IMG/VR virus record: IMGVR_UViG_3300032233_001131
Location: 1-34,215 of that record
DNA length: 34,215 nt
Reading direction: 5' to 3' (one strand)
Source of the DNA: a virus
Lineage: Duplodnaviria > Caudoviricetes
Made by a program: the position numbers and the translations under genes. The notes below the pieces were generated by a model. That model worked only from the letters and a program-made list of their open reading frames with translations. It was not told where the DNA came from and ran no database searches. Positions 15,317-24,353 of this stretch are shown piece after piece; within the stretch, counting starts at the first letter, position 1, and each line of letters begins with the position of its first letter.

Positions 15317-16024
15317 ATGTCGCTGCTCCTTGCTCGCATCGCTGCAAGCGGCACCCCCACCGGTACCGCTGCCACCACCAACGCCAACGACACAGCGTCG
15401 GCAAGCGGTAGCCCCGTCAATGTCGGCACGGTCGCACGTACCAACGCCAACGACACCGCTACTGCGTCGGGCTCGCCGACCAATGTCGGCACAGTCGCAC
15501 GTACCAACGCCAACGACACCAGTACGGCAAGCGGTAGCCCGACCAATGTCGGCACGGTCGCACGTACCAACGCCAACGACACCAGTACGGCAAGCGGTAG
15601 CCCGGTCAACAATGGCACCAGCGCCACCACGAACTCGGCTGACACAGCGTCGGCGTCGGGTTCGGTGTCGTCCGGTGTTAGCGGTACCGCTGCCACCACT
15701 AACGCCAACGACACAGCGTCGGCCACCGGTAGCCCGGTCAACAAGGGCACCAGCGCCACCACGAACGCCAACGACCTGGCGACCGCAGCCGGCAACTCGG
15801 GCACCATCCCGCCCGAACCGGACACCGGAACCCACACCGGTGGTCGTGCCCGGCCCCGACGGCCACAGCAACCGATCCCACAACCGAAGCGCCTGCCCCT
15901 GCTGCTTCCCACCATCGGCGGATTCGCATCATGCGAAAACGCTGCCGACCGCTGCGCCGCCGACGGCCAGGTCGACCCCTACAACTTGCTGCTTGAGGAC
16001 GAAGAACTCTTGCTGCTCGTGTGA
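15317..16024 (+). CDS. Ser/Thr/Asn-rich repeat (fibre-like) protein
   Basis: Seven ~21-aa repeats GT.A.TNANDT..ASGSP.N, a Pro/Arg linker and a C-terminal EDEELLLLV. Confidence 0.75.
   Translation: MSLLLARIAASGTPTGTAATTNANDTASASGSPVNVGTVARTNANDTATASGSPTNVGTVARTNANDTSTASGSPTNVGTVARTNANDTSTASGSPVNNGTSATTNSADTASASGSVSSGVSGTAATTNANDTASATGSPVNKGTSATTNANDLATAAGNSGTIPPEPDTGTHTGGRARPRRPQQPIPQPKRLPLLLPTIGGFASCENAADRCAADGQVDPYNLLLEDEELLLLV
15359..15805 (+). repeat. ~63-bp coding tandem repeat, 7 units
   Basis: Units 2-4 are nearly identical at DNA level (GTCGGCAC.GTCGCACGTACCAACGCCAACGACACC...). Confidence 0.9.
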
Positions 16025-16044
16025 CCCCGCAAAGGAGTCCCCAC

Positions 16045-16968
16045 ATGGACATCAGCGCCCGCGCATCACAGACCCGAGAGCTTCGTGCGTTCACGTCAGC
16101 AGACCTGAACTTTCGCGACACCGCCGCTGGCGGCTTCACGTTCGACGGCATCGCCTCGGTGACCGGTACGGCGTACCAGGTGCGCGACCAGTGGGGCGAC
16201 TACGCCGAGACCATTGCGGCCGGAGCCTTCAGCAAGACGCTGAAGGAGAAGGCTGACGTGCGGCTGCTGATCAACCACGAAGGCACGCCGCTCGCTCGCA
16301 CCAAGTCGGGCACCTTGAAGCTGTCGGCCGCACCGGACCTGCGTGCCGTTGCCGAACTGGACCCGGCGAACCCGAAGGTGCAGGAGATCCGCTCGGCCAT
16401 GTCCCGAGGCGACCTCGACCAGATGTCGATTGGCTTCCGTGTCCACAAGCAGGACTGGAACAACGACTACACCGAACGCACCATCCGCGAGGTCGAACTG
16501 TTTGACGTGTCCGTCGTGACCTACCCGGCGTCGCCCACCACGACCGCATCGCTGCGTTCCTACGACGCCCTGATGCGCACCATCAAGGACATCGACATGA
16601 CGCCCGAGGAAACGCGCCGGGCGATCAAGTCGCTGGAGCGTCGCTTCTCCGACGTGTGGAACGACAGCCTCGAGGAAGCCCTGTGCATGGCCCTCGTCGG
16701 TGCACTCGGCTGCATGGAAGGCGAAGTCGAAGTCGAAGACTTCAACGACACCACCGTCGTCTACTCGTACATGGGCGTGCTGTTCCAAGCGCCGTACACG
16801 TTGGACGCCAACAACCTGCCGATCATCGACCTGACGAACCCGACGCCCGTCGTCGAAGTCGTCACGTACAACCCCCTTCGTTCCGCAGGCGACTACGAGG
16901 CACGTGACCGTGCCGACCGTGAACGCCTGGAGCGCAAGATCGCTGCCCGACCGGCCCCCCTGGTCTGA
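16045..16968 (+). CDS. HK97-family prohead protease with C-terminal extra domain
   Basis: F.G.ASV, ETIA.GAF.KTL, LLINHEG.PLART, RGDLDQMSIGF, LFDVSVVTYPA; AAGGAG RBS. Confidence 0.93.
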   Translation: MDISARASQTRELRAFTSADLNFRDTAAGGFTFDGIASVTGTAYQVRDQWGDYAETIAAGAFSKTLKEKADVRLLINHEGTPLARTKSGTLKLSAAPDLRAVAELDPANPKVQEIRSAMSRGDLDQMSIGFRVHKQDWNNDYTERTIREVELFDVSVVTYPASPTTTASLRSYDALMRTIKDIDMTPEETRRAIKSLERRFSDVWNDSLEEALCMALVGALGCMEGEVEVEDFNDTTVVYSYMGVLFQAPYTLDANNLPIIDLTNPTPVVEVVTYNPLRSAGDYEARDRADRERLERKIAARPAPLV

Positions 16969-17070
16969 CAGCACCTGTCTCGACACGCAAGCCGCGAGCC
17001 GCACCCGCACTCGCACTCGTCGCCCGAGACGACACCCCCACCAACACCACTTCCCGAAAGGACGTGAATC

Positions 17071-18363
17071 ATGGACATCCGTTCCCATGTCATCGCGCTC
17101 AACGAGAACCGTGCCCGTGTCGTCGAGCAGCTCCGTGGAGAGCTTGACGCCACCGCCGGCCGTGAGCGTTCCGCCGAAGAAGCCGCCAAGATCGCCCGCA
17201 TGGACGCCGAGATCGACGGCATCGACGCCGAGATCCGCGAGTTCGTCGCCCGCGAGACCCGCGAGCAGGAAGCCGCACAGCTCCGCACCCAGACCCTGTC
17301 GGTCTTCGGTGAGGCCCGCGCCGCACGCCACGACGCCTCCGGTGTCGACGCCTTCCGCTCCTGGGCACTGACCCCCGAGCACCTGCGCGGTGAGTTCGAG
17401 GTCGACATCCAGCGCGCCATGAAGGAGCGCCAGCTGCTCCGCCAGGGTGCCAGCCCCGAGGAAATCCGTGCGCTCGCATGGGACGCCACCTCCGGCTCGC
17501 TCGTCGTCCCGACCACGATGGCCCGCACCCTGTTCGACCTCCTGGAGGCGAACATCGCAGCGTTCCGCATCGGTGCCACCGTGATGAACACCACCAGCGG
17601 CGAGAACATGCAGCTGCCGAAGCTCACCACGCACGCCATCGGCACCCAGGTGGCCGGCCAGGGCACGACCCTTGCCGGTACCGACCCGGTGATGGGTCGC
17701 GTGAACCTGAACACCTACAAGTTCGGCCAGCTCGTGAAGGTGAGCTCCGAACTGGTGCAGGACGCTGCGTTCGACATCAACTCGTGGCTCGGCGGTGACC
17801 TCGGTTACGCCCTGGCTCGCATCGTCGACGCCGACCTGATCGTCGGCACCGGCACCAACGAGCCGACCGGCATGACCGTCCTCGCCGGTGCGGGCACCAA
17901 CGCCCCGATCAAGACCGGTGGCAGCCTGATCGCTCCGACGGTGGAGAAGTTCATCGACCTGCAGTACAGCGTCAACGACCAGGCCCGTCAGAACGCCTCG
18001 TGGCTCATGCACGACAGCACGGCTGGCACCATCCGCAAGCTGAGGGATGGCGCCGGGGGCACTGTGGGCCAATTCCTCTGGGAGCCGAGCCTGTTCAACG
18101 GCCTGCAAAATTCCACGCCGGACCGGTTCTTCGGCAGCCCTGTCTTCACCGACACCAACTGCGCACAGGCTGGCTCCAACGCCATCTTGGCCACCTACGG
18201 CGACTTCAGCGAGTACGTCATCCGTACCGTCGGCAACCCGGTCATCGACTCGAGCACCGAGCGGTACTTCGACACCGACGAGGTCGGCTTCCGTGGCCGT
18301 TGGAGGGTCGGCGGCAACCACCGCCAGCCCGGCTACCTGAACACGCTCGTACAGAACGTGTGA
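17071..18363 (+). CDS. Major capsid protein, HK97 family
   Basis: N-terminal coiled-coil delta domain; G.LVVP, K.G.LV.VSSELVQD, GTG.NEP.G, IRKL.DG..G.FLW.P, YGDFS.Y, F..D.VGFR...R.GG. Confidence 0.96.
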   Translation: MDIRSHVIALNENRARVVEQLRGELDATAGRERSAEEAAKIARMDAEIDGIDAEIREFVARETREQEAAQLRTQTLSVFGEARAARHDASGVDAFRSWALTPEHLRGEFEVDIQRAMKERQLLRQGASPEEIRALAWDATSGSLVVPTTMARTLFDLLEANIAAFRIGATVMNTTSGENMQLPKLTTHAIGTQVAGQGTTLAGTDPVMGRVNLNTYKFGQLVKVSSELVQDAAFDINSWLGGDLGYALARIVDADLIVGTGTNEPTGMTVLAGAGTNAPIKTGGSLIAPTVEKFIDLQYSVNDQARQNASWLMHDSTAGTIRKLRDGAGGTVGQFLWEPSLFNGLQNSTPDRFFGSPVFTDTNCAQAGSNAILATYGDFSEYVIRTVGNPVIDSSTERYFDTDEVGFRGRWRVGGNHRQPGYLNTLVQNV

Positions 18364-18368
18364 CCTTC

Positions 18369-18479
18369 CCACCGCCTTGAGCGGTGGATGAATCGCCTGG
18401 CAGGGGCGAGTGCAGCGAGGGCCATTCGTGGCCCTCGCTGCGCGCATACCTGCCACACCTGCCCACCCCTGCCAAGGAG
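18369..18479 (+). promoter_or_regulatory. Structured intergenic RNA (hairpins, probable attenuator) between capsid gene and GT cassette
   Basis: 7-bp stem 18369-87; 13-bp stem with TTCG loop 18412-41; TGGCAGGGG (18398-406) complementary to CCCCTGCCA (18466-74), next to AAGGAG. Confidence 0.6.
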
Positions 18480-18484
18480 TAACT

Positions 18485-18754
18485 ATGCCTGTGCACAAGA
18501 TTCCTCGTGGAGCGATCCACGAGGATTTGACCCAGCTCGAGCGCGAAGGCGAGTCGGTCGTGTCGGTCACCCCGGTCGGCCGACACTTCGTTGTCGTGAC
18601 CCGGTTCCACACCCCGGCCGAGTTCCGCCCGGCGCACCGCCTGGACAAGCTCACCCACGCCTCACGTGTCGGTGCGCCCGAGCAGCGTGCCGAGTGGGAT
18701 CGCGACCCGCTGCTGCATTCGTTCGTCACCGACCAAGTGGTGGTGGACGAATGA
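18485..18754 (+). CDS. Hypothetical protein, 89 aa
   Basis: AAGGAG RBS; ATGA coupling to the GT gene. Confidence 0.65.
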   Translation: MPVHKIPRGAIHEDLTQLEREGESVVSVTPVGRHFVVVTRFHTPAEFRPAHRLDKLTHASRVGAPEQRAEWDRDPLLHSFVTDQVVVDE

Positions 18755-20658
18755 AGATCCTGATCCATTCCAACGGGCCCACGTCCAAGACCGGTTACGG
18801 CGTGCAGACGAAGCTGCTCGTCGACCGGTTGACCGCCGACGGCCACAAGGTCGCGGTGTCGGCCACCTACGGCCAGCCCGCAGGTACCGGCCTGGGGACT
18901 TACGTCACCCCAACGGGCGTCAAGGTCGAGGTGTTCCCGTCGTGGTTCCTCACGTCGGGCGACGACGTGATCGGCGCACACGCCAAGCACTTCTTCGGTG
19001 CCGACGAAGGCTGGATCATTCCGCTGATCGACGTGTGGTCGTTGCAGTCCCCGAACCTTGCCGCTTTCAACGTGGCAGCGTGGGCTCCGGTCGATCACGA
19101 ACCGGTGCCCGGCATGGTGCTCAAGTTCTTCGAACGCTCCAAGGCCCGCTGCATCGCCATGTCCCGGCATGGTGAGTACGAGTTCAAGGTCGAGGGCTTG
19201 GACCCGGCGTACATTCCGCTCGCCGTCGACACCAACGTCTACAAGCCGACACCGACCGCCACCATCGACGGCCGCACGGTGACCGGTCGCCAGTTCCTCG
19301 AGGTGCCCGAGGATGCGTTCCTCGTCGGCATGGTCGGCATGAACAAAGACCCGCATGACCGCAAGGGCTTTGGGCCGGCGTTCCAGGCGTTCGCCGAGTT
19401 CCACAAGACCCACCCGAAGGCGATCCTGTTCGTGCACACCGAGAAGTCGGGTACGGGTGGCGGTATCAACCTGCCCGAGCTGGCCCGGTTCTGCGGCATC
19501 CCCGACACGGCGATCCGCTTCACGAACCAGTACGCCTACATGATCGGGTTCCCGCCGCCGCTGATGGCGCTGATGTACTCGGCGTTCGACGTGTTGCTGC
19601 AGCCGTCGGCCGGCGAAGGCTTCGGGGTTCCGCTGATCGAAGCGCAAGCGTGCGGCACCCCGGTGATCACGACGAACTTCACCGCCCAAGCCGAACTGGT
19701 CGGCGCAGGTTGGAAGGTCGGTGGCGAACGCTGGTGGGACGACGCTTCTCGTGCGTGGTACATCAGGGCAAGCATCACCGAACTGGTCGACCGTCTGGAA
19801 GCCGCAACCCGGCAACCTTCAGCCGAGTGGCCGGCCATCGCCCGTAACTTCGCCCTGCAGTACGACGCCGACCACGTGTACGACACGTACTGGCGTCCGT
19901 ACCTGCAGACGTTGGACACCCGCCCACCTGCCGTGAAGCCGAAAATGAAGGACGTGGCGGTACTGGTCCCGGCCATGCAGCGACCGCAGAACGTCGCCCG
20001 CCTGGTCGACTCGTTCCGCAAGTCGAACGACGGCACCGCCCACCTGTACTACATCCTCGACGAGGACGACACCGAACAGATCGCCGCCGTCGAAGCCAAG
20101 GGTGTCGTGTGGTTGCCCGCCAAACGGGGCACGTCGTACGCGTCGAAGAACAACGAGGGGTTTGCCCGTACCGCCGAGGATTTCGTGTTCCTTGCCGGTG
20201 ACGACGTGGAGTTCACGCCCGGTTGGATTCAGGCGGCCCGAGAGCTGTCGGATCGTTATGACGTGATTGGCACCAACGACAGCGAAGCCGGTCGTGTGCG
20301 CAACCCGAGAGTGGCAGCAGGCAAGCACGCCGACCACTTCTTCGTGCGCCGCTCCTACGTTGAAGAACACGGTGCCAGCCTTGAAGGACCGGGCATCCTG
20401 CTGTTTGAAGGGTATTACCACTTCTACGTCGACATGGAAATGATCCAGTTGGCGAAAGCTCGAGGTGTCTGGACCCCATGTCTCGACTCAGTGGTCATCC
20501 ACCACCACCCCGGCTTCGACGGCCGGGAGGATCTGCGAGAAGCCGACAAGGCGTACATGAAGGCCGTGGAGTTCTCGGAGATGGACAAGATCGCTTTCTC
20601 CCGTCGTGCCGGTCTGATCGACCAGCACAACGTGACGAAGAAGGACATCTGGTCATGA
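18751..20658 (+). CDS. Bifunctional glycosyltransferase: GT-B (GT4-like) plus GT-A (GT2-like)
   Basis: N-terminal TGYGVQ, RKG, DVLLQPSAGEGFGVPLIEAQACGTPVI (E-x7-E); C-terminal VAVLVP..QRP, N.G.......FVFLAGDDVEF..GW. Confidence 0.9.
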   Translation: MKILIHSNGPTSKTGYGVQTKLLVDRLTADGHKVAVSATYGQPAGTGLGTYVTPTGVKVEVFPSWFLTSGDDVIGAHAKHFFGADEGWIIPLIDVWSLQSPNLAAFNVAAWAPVDHEPVPGMVLKFFERSKARCIAMSRHGEYEFKVEGLDPAYIPLAVDTNVYKPTPTATIDGRTVTGRQFLEVPEDAFLVGMVGMNKDPHDRKGFGPAFQAFAEFHKTHPKAILFVHTEKSGTGGGINLPELARFCGIPDTAIRFTNQYAYMIGFPPPLMALMYSAFDVLLQPSAGEGFGVPLIEAQACGTPVITTNFTAQAELVGAGWKVGGERWWDDASRAWYIRASITELVDRLEAATRQPSAEWPAIARNFALQYDADHVYDTYWRPYLQTLDTRPPAVKPKMKDVAVLVPAMQRPQNVARLVDSFRKSNDGTAHLYYILDEDDTEQIAAVEAKGVVWLPAKRGTSYASKNNEGFARTAEDFVFLAGDDVEFTPGWIQAARELSDRYDVIGTNDSEAGRVRNPRVAAGKHADHFFVRRSYVEEHGASLEGPGILLFEGYYHFYVDMEMIQLAKARGVWTPCLDSVVIHHHPGFDGREDLREADKAYMKAVEFSEMDKIAFSRRAGLIDQHNVTKKDIWS

Positions 20659-21455
20659 GCCGCCCACTGATCATCGACACGTTCCCGATCAACAACGAGC
20701 TGGACCACCTGCAGATGCGGCTCGAGGAGATGGATTCGGCCGTCGACTTCTTCGTCGCCGTCGAAGCGAACGTCGACCACCAGGACCACCCGAAGCCGTT
20801 CTACCTGTCGGACAACCTGGAACGGTTCTCGGCGTGGTCGGAAAAGCTGGTAGTGGTGCGTGCGACCGGAATGCCGACGCACGCCACCGACCCAGATCCC
20901 TGGGCCCGAGAGTTGGCACAGCGCGAGTACATCATCGAAGGGCTTCGGGACATCGCCCGCAAGGCCGACCTGAACCACGAAACGATCCTGCTCCACGGCG
21001 ACCTCGACGAAGTCTGTCGGGCGGTGGCGGTGCGCAACGTGCGACCCAAAGACACGTACGTCAGCTTCGACCAGCGACTGCACTGCTTCGCAGTTGACTG
21101 GCTCCACCCCGAACCCTGGGCTGGGACCGTGGCCGCCACACTGAACCAGTTGATGGCTCTCGGCCGTAACCCGTTCCAAAAGCTGCGCAACACCCGCAAC
21201 GCCAACCCGGCGCTGGCCGATTCCGGCTGGCACTTCTCCTGGTTGGGTGGCAAGGAAGCGGCACTGAAGAAGCTCGGTTCGTTCTGCCATCCCGAGATCG
21301 CAGAACGCACCCTGGTCGGACTGACCACCGACCTGTACCTGCGCGAAGGCTTCCACGTGGACGGCCGACGCATGACCCCTGTCGACGTTGACGACACGTG
21401 GCCGGCGTTCATCTCCGAGCGTCGCTGCCCGAGCGAATGGTTCCGCCCCCGATGA
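20655..21455 (+). CDS. GT17 (MGAT3-like GlcNAc transferase) family glycosyltransferase
   Basis: IIDTF..NNELD.L..RL.E....VD.FV.VEAN..H...PKP, W.RE..QR, GDLDEV, GWHFSWLGG, KL.SF.H. Confidence 0.85.
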   Translation: MSRPLIIDTFPINNELDHLQMRLEEMDSAVDFFVAVEANVDHQDHPKPFYLSDNLERFSAWSEKLVVVRATGMPTHATDPDPWARELAQREYIIEGLRDIARKADLNHETILLHGDLDEVCRAVAVRNVRPKDTYVSFDQRLHCFAVDWLHPEPWAGTVAATLNQLMALGRNPFQKLRNTRNANPALADSGWHFSWLGGKEAALKKLGSFCHPEIAERTLVGLTTDLYLREGFHVDGRRMTPVDVDDTWPAFISERRCPSEWFRPR

Positions 21456-22552
21456 CCTTCACCGAAGAATGGTTCGACTCCACATCCCAAGACCGCCTTG
21501 CCGCCCTCGGCCGGGAGGTTGACAATGTTCACGGCCTGATCATCGAGATCGGTTCCTGGGAAGGTCGCAGTACGTGCGTGCTCGCCAACGCCATCCGGCC
21601 CCGCCCGGTGATCGCTGTCGACACCTGGCAGGGTTCACCCGGCGAGATCAGTGCCGACCTCGCTGCCAAGCGTGACGTGTACGGCCAGTTCATGACCAAC
21701 GTCAAGGTGTTGACGAGCGGCAACGTGTACGCCGCACGTCAAGGTTGGCGCGAGTTCGTCCCGACGATCAAAGACCCGGTGGCGTTGTGCTTCATCGACG
21801 CCGAGCACACCTACACCGAAGTGCGTGACAACATCGCAGCGATCCTGCCGCTGATGTCACCCGGTGGGATCATCTGCGGCGACGACGCCGGCCACCCACC
21901 GGTACGTGAAGCGGTGCTGGAGATGTGCCACCCGAACGACGACGTGCTGGTGTCCGGCAACGTGTGGTCGTTCAAGGTGCCGGCCAACTACACCGCCAAG
22001 CCGACCACGACGTTGAAATCGCTGTACGAACAGCAGTGCGTCACACCGTCGGACATCTACCTACACCTGCCCCGGTTCGTGGAAATGGTGAAGCAAGGCA
22101 ACGCCACCAAGGTGCTCGAGCTGGGCACCCGCACCGGCGTGTCGACCATTGCCTGGCTCCACGCCCTGGAAGGCACAGGCGGTCACCTGTGGTCGGTCGA
22201 CATCGACGCCAAGCCCGCCATTGGTGACTGGCCGAACTGGACGTTCATACGTGGCGACGACGAATCCGACGAGGTGCTGTCGCAACTGCCCGACAAGGTC
22301 GACATCTGCTTCTTGGACACGTCGCACCATTACGAGCACACGCTGCGCGAACTACGCCTGTACAAGTCGCAGGTGAAGCCAGGCGGCCTGATCGTCTGCC
22401 ACGACACCGAACTGCCCGTACCGGAGGGCGCACCGTCGACTGATCCGATCTACCCGGTGAAACGGGCGATTGAGAAGTTCGTCGCCGAAACCGGATTCCG
22501 CTGGATCAACATCCCCGACTGCTGGGGCCTAGGCATCATTGAGGTGGTCTGA
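21452..22552 (+). CDS. Tandem class I SAM methyltransferase (two Methyltransf_24-like domains)
   Basis: Domain 1: IEIGSWEGRST, VDTW, FIDAEHTY, PGGIICGDD. Domain 2: LELGTRTGVST, SVDI, FLDTSHHY, PGGLIVCHDT. Confidence 0.88.
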   Translation: MTFTEEWFDSTSQDRLAALGREVDNVHGLIIEIGSWEGRSTCVLANAIRPRPVIAVDTWQGSPGEISADLAAKRDVYGQFMTNVKVLTSGNVYAARQGWREFVPTIKDPVALCFIDAEHTYTEVRDNIAAILPLMSPGGIICGDDAGHPPVREAVLEMCHPNDDVLVSGNVWSFKVPANYTAKPTTTLKSLYEQQCVTPSDIYLHLPRFVEMVKQGNATKVLELGTRTGVSTIAWLHALEGTGGHLWSVDIDAKPAIGDWPNWTFIRGDDESDEVLSQLPDKVDICFLDTSHHYEHTLRELRLYKSQVKPGGLIVCHDTELPVPEGAPSTDPIYPVKRAIEKFVAETGFRWINIPDCWGLGIIEVV

Positions 22553-23170
22553 GTGACGCTCACGAACGCATACGCAACACTTGCCGATCTCAAGGTGGAA
22601 CTGAACATCAGCACGTCGCAGTACGACACCAAGCTAGAAGCGGCACTCAACGCTGCTTCACGGCAGATCGACGGCCACACCGGCCGGTTCTTCTACCAAG
22701 ACGCCTCAGTCACCGCGCAGACGTTCTATTCGGACGACTACCTCGAGTGCAGCACCGACGACATCTCGACCACGACCGGGCTGATCGTCAAGATCGACAA
22801 CGACGACGACGGCGTGTTTGAGACGACACTGACGCTCAACACCAACTACATCCTGCTGCCCACCAACGCAGCATCCAGTTGGCCCGTCATGCCGTACACG
22901 ACGATCCGCCTGGTTGACTCGGGTATCAGCGTGTTCCCGCAGTGGAGCTCGGGCCGACCCAACACACAGATCACCGCGAAGTTCGGTTTCCCAGCCATCC
23001 CCGACGACGTGGCGAAGGCGTGCCTGATCCAAGCCACGATGCTGTTCAAGTCGTCCGACGCCGCAATGGGTGGCCTGTCGTTTGAGACGGGCATCCTGCG
23101 AATGCGTGACACGATCAACCCGATGGCCGCAGCACTCATTGAGCGCTACGTACGCCCGAGGGTCGCATGA
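22553..23170 (+). CDS. Head-tail adaptor (gp6/gp15-like)
   Basis: NAYATLADLK, AASRQID..TGR.F, TAKFGFPAIPDDV..ACLIQA..LFK. Confidence 0.85.
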   Translation: MTLTNAYATLADLKVELNISTSQYDTKLEAALNAASRQIDGHTGRFFYQDASVTAQTFYSDDYLECSTDDISTTTGLIVKIDNDDDGVFETTLTLNTNYILLPTNAASSWPVMPYTTIRLVDSGISVFPQWSSGRPNTQITAKFGFPAIPDDVAKACLIQATMLFKSSDAAMGGLSFETGILRMRDTINPMAAALIERYVRPRVA

Positions 23171-23580
23171 CCACCATCGCCGACGTACGTACCGACCTGA
23201 TCGCCGTCCTGGGCAATATCAGCGGGTGGTCAACGCAGAACCCCTACATCGGCGACATGGCCCCGCACCCGTACTCGTTCAAGGTTTCACGGCCGGCGTT
23301 TGATCCTCGCATGGTGTTGTCGCAAGCCGTCGCATCGCACGAGTTCTACGTCACCGCCTACGCCCCGAGAGTGACGCCTGAAGTGTCCGAAGCGGCTCTG
23401 GATGCCTTGTGCGAACTGACCGGCATTGGCTCACTCATCGCGAGGGTACAGAACAGCGCATTGTGGACAGTCAGCATCAACTATGCGCAGGTCACACGAT
23501 GCGGTGAAGTGCAATCAATCACATGGATCGACGGGGTCGACTACCTCGCCGCCCAGTTCACGATCGAGGTGGTCTTCTAG
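23167..23580 (+). CDS. Tail terminator / head-tail joining protein
   Basis: TIADVR..L...L..I.G N-terminus and YLAAQF.IEV C-terminus; position after the adaptor. Confidence 0.65.
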   Translation: MTTIADVRTDLIAVLGNISGWSTQNPYIGDMAPHPYSFKVSRPAFDPRMVLSQAVASHEFYVTAYAPRVTPEVSEAALDALCELTGIGSLIARVQNSALWTVSINYAQVTRCGEVQSITWIDGVDYLAAQFTIEVVF

Positions 23581-24297
23581 ATGGCTTTCGTAGCTTCGCT
23601 CAACTCCCGCTTCTACGTCGGCACCGCCGCCTGGGCTTCGTACGCACGCGGCTACTCGCAGCAGGTCGACACCGACATGCTGGAGACCACCACGCTTGCC
23701 GACGCGGCAAAGGCGTTCATCCCGGGCCAACTATCGGGCACCGTCAGCCTGGACCTCTTGCTTGACACGGTCGCCGCAGCTGGCGGCGAGTTCGCCACGC
23801 TCAACACGTGGAAGACGACCCCACAGGTCGTCACGTTCGCCCCACGTGGCACCACGCGTGGCAACGAGACGTGGAACATCCTTGCCAACCAGTCGCAGGC
23901 ATCGGTCATGTCGTCCGTTTCCGACGTGGTCGCAGCAGCGGTCACCATCCAGGCCGACGGCTCGGTCGACGCCGGTGTGGTGCTGGACCCGGAAACGGCG
24001 ATCACGGTCGACACGAACGGCACCAGCGTCGACAACGGTGCAGCCACCACCAACGGCGGCGTCGGCCACCTCCACGTCACCGCCTTCTCGGGCCTCACTT
24101 CGAACAGCGTCATCGTCGAGCATTCGACCGACAACTCGGCGTGGTCGACGCTCGCCACGTTCACGCTTGCCACCGGCACCACATCGGAACGCCTGGTCGT
24201 TGCCGCCGGCACCACCGTCAACCGTTACCTGCGTATCCGTGACGACGTGACCGGCACCGGGTCGTGCACCCGGTTCGTGTCCTTCGCACGCCGTTGA
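23581..24297 (+). CDS. Tail-tube paralogue with C-terminal beta domain
   Basis: TDMLETTTL...KAFIPG..SGTVSL matches the motif in the next gene; the C-terminal half has NGG.GHLHVT, EHSTDN..W, NRYLR. Confidence 0.7.
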   Translation: MAFVASLNSRFYVGTAAWASYARGYSQQVDTDMLETTTLADAAKAFIPGQLSGTVSLDLLLDTVAAAGGEFATLNTWKTTPQVVTFAPRGTTRGNETWNILANQSQASVMSSVSDVVAAAVTIQADGSVDAGVVLDPETAITVDTNGTSVDNGAATTNGGVGHLHVTAFSGLTSNSVIVEHSTDNSAWSTLATFTLATGTTSERLVVAAGTTVNRYLRIRDDVTGTGSCTRFVSFARR

Positions 24298-24353
24298 TCC
24301 CCACGTCCCTGCCAGGACCACTCTCCACCCCTCACACCCTTTAGGAGACCACG

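Noticed and set aside
15359-15805. CRISPR array or DGR template/variable repeats
   Set aside because: Repeats are contiguous in-frame coding units without spacers; no cas or reverse transcriptase gene. The Cas4-like exonuclease is a normal phage recombination gene.
16969-17070. Protease-capsid in-frame fusion, and short CGCAC(C/T) repeats in the spacer
   Set aside because: A second in-frame TGA at 17065-17067 blocks fusion; the repeats are too short to support a call.
18361-18751. Frame stays open from the capsid TGA into the GT gene, suggesting a read-through capsid-GT fusion
   Set aside because: The interval holds a well-supported ORF in another frame with its own RBS, and this offset frame is expected to lack stops in GC3-rich DNA. 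Only virion MS could revive the idea.
16096-19815. 1239-aa antisense ORF (and other long minus-strand ORFs such as 2397-3857)
   Set aside because: Shadow of same-frame high-GC sense genes (protease, capsid, GT), where TTA/CTA/TCA codons are rare; no motifs or RBS.
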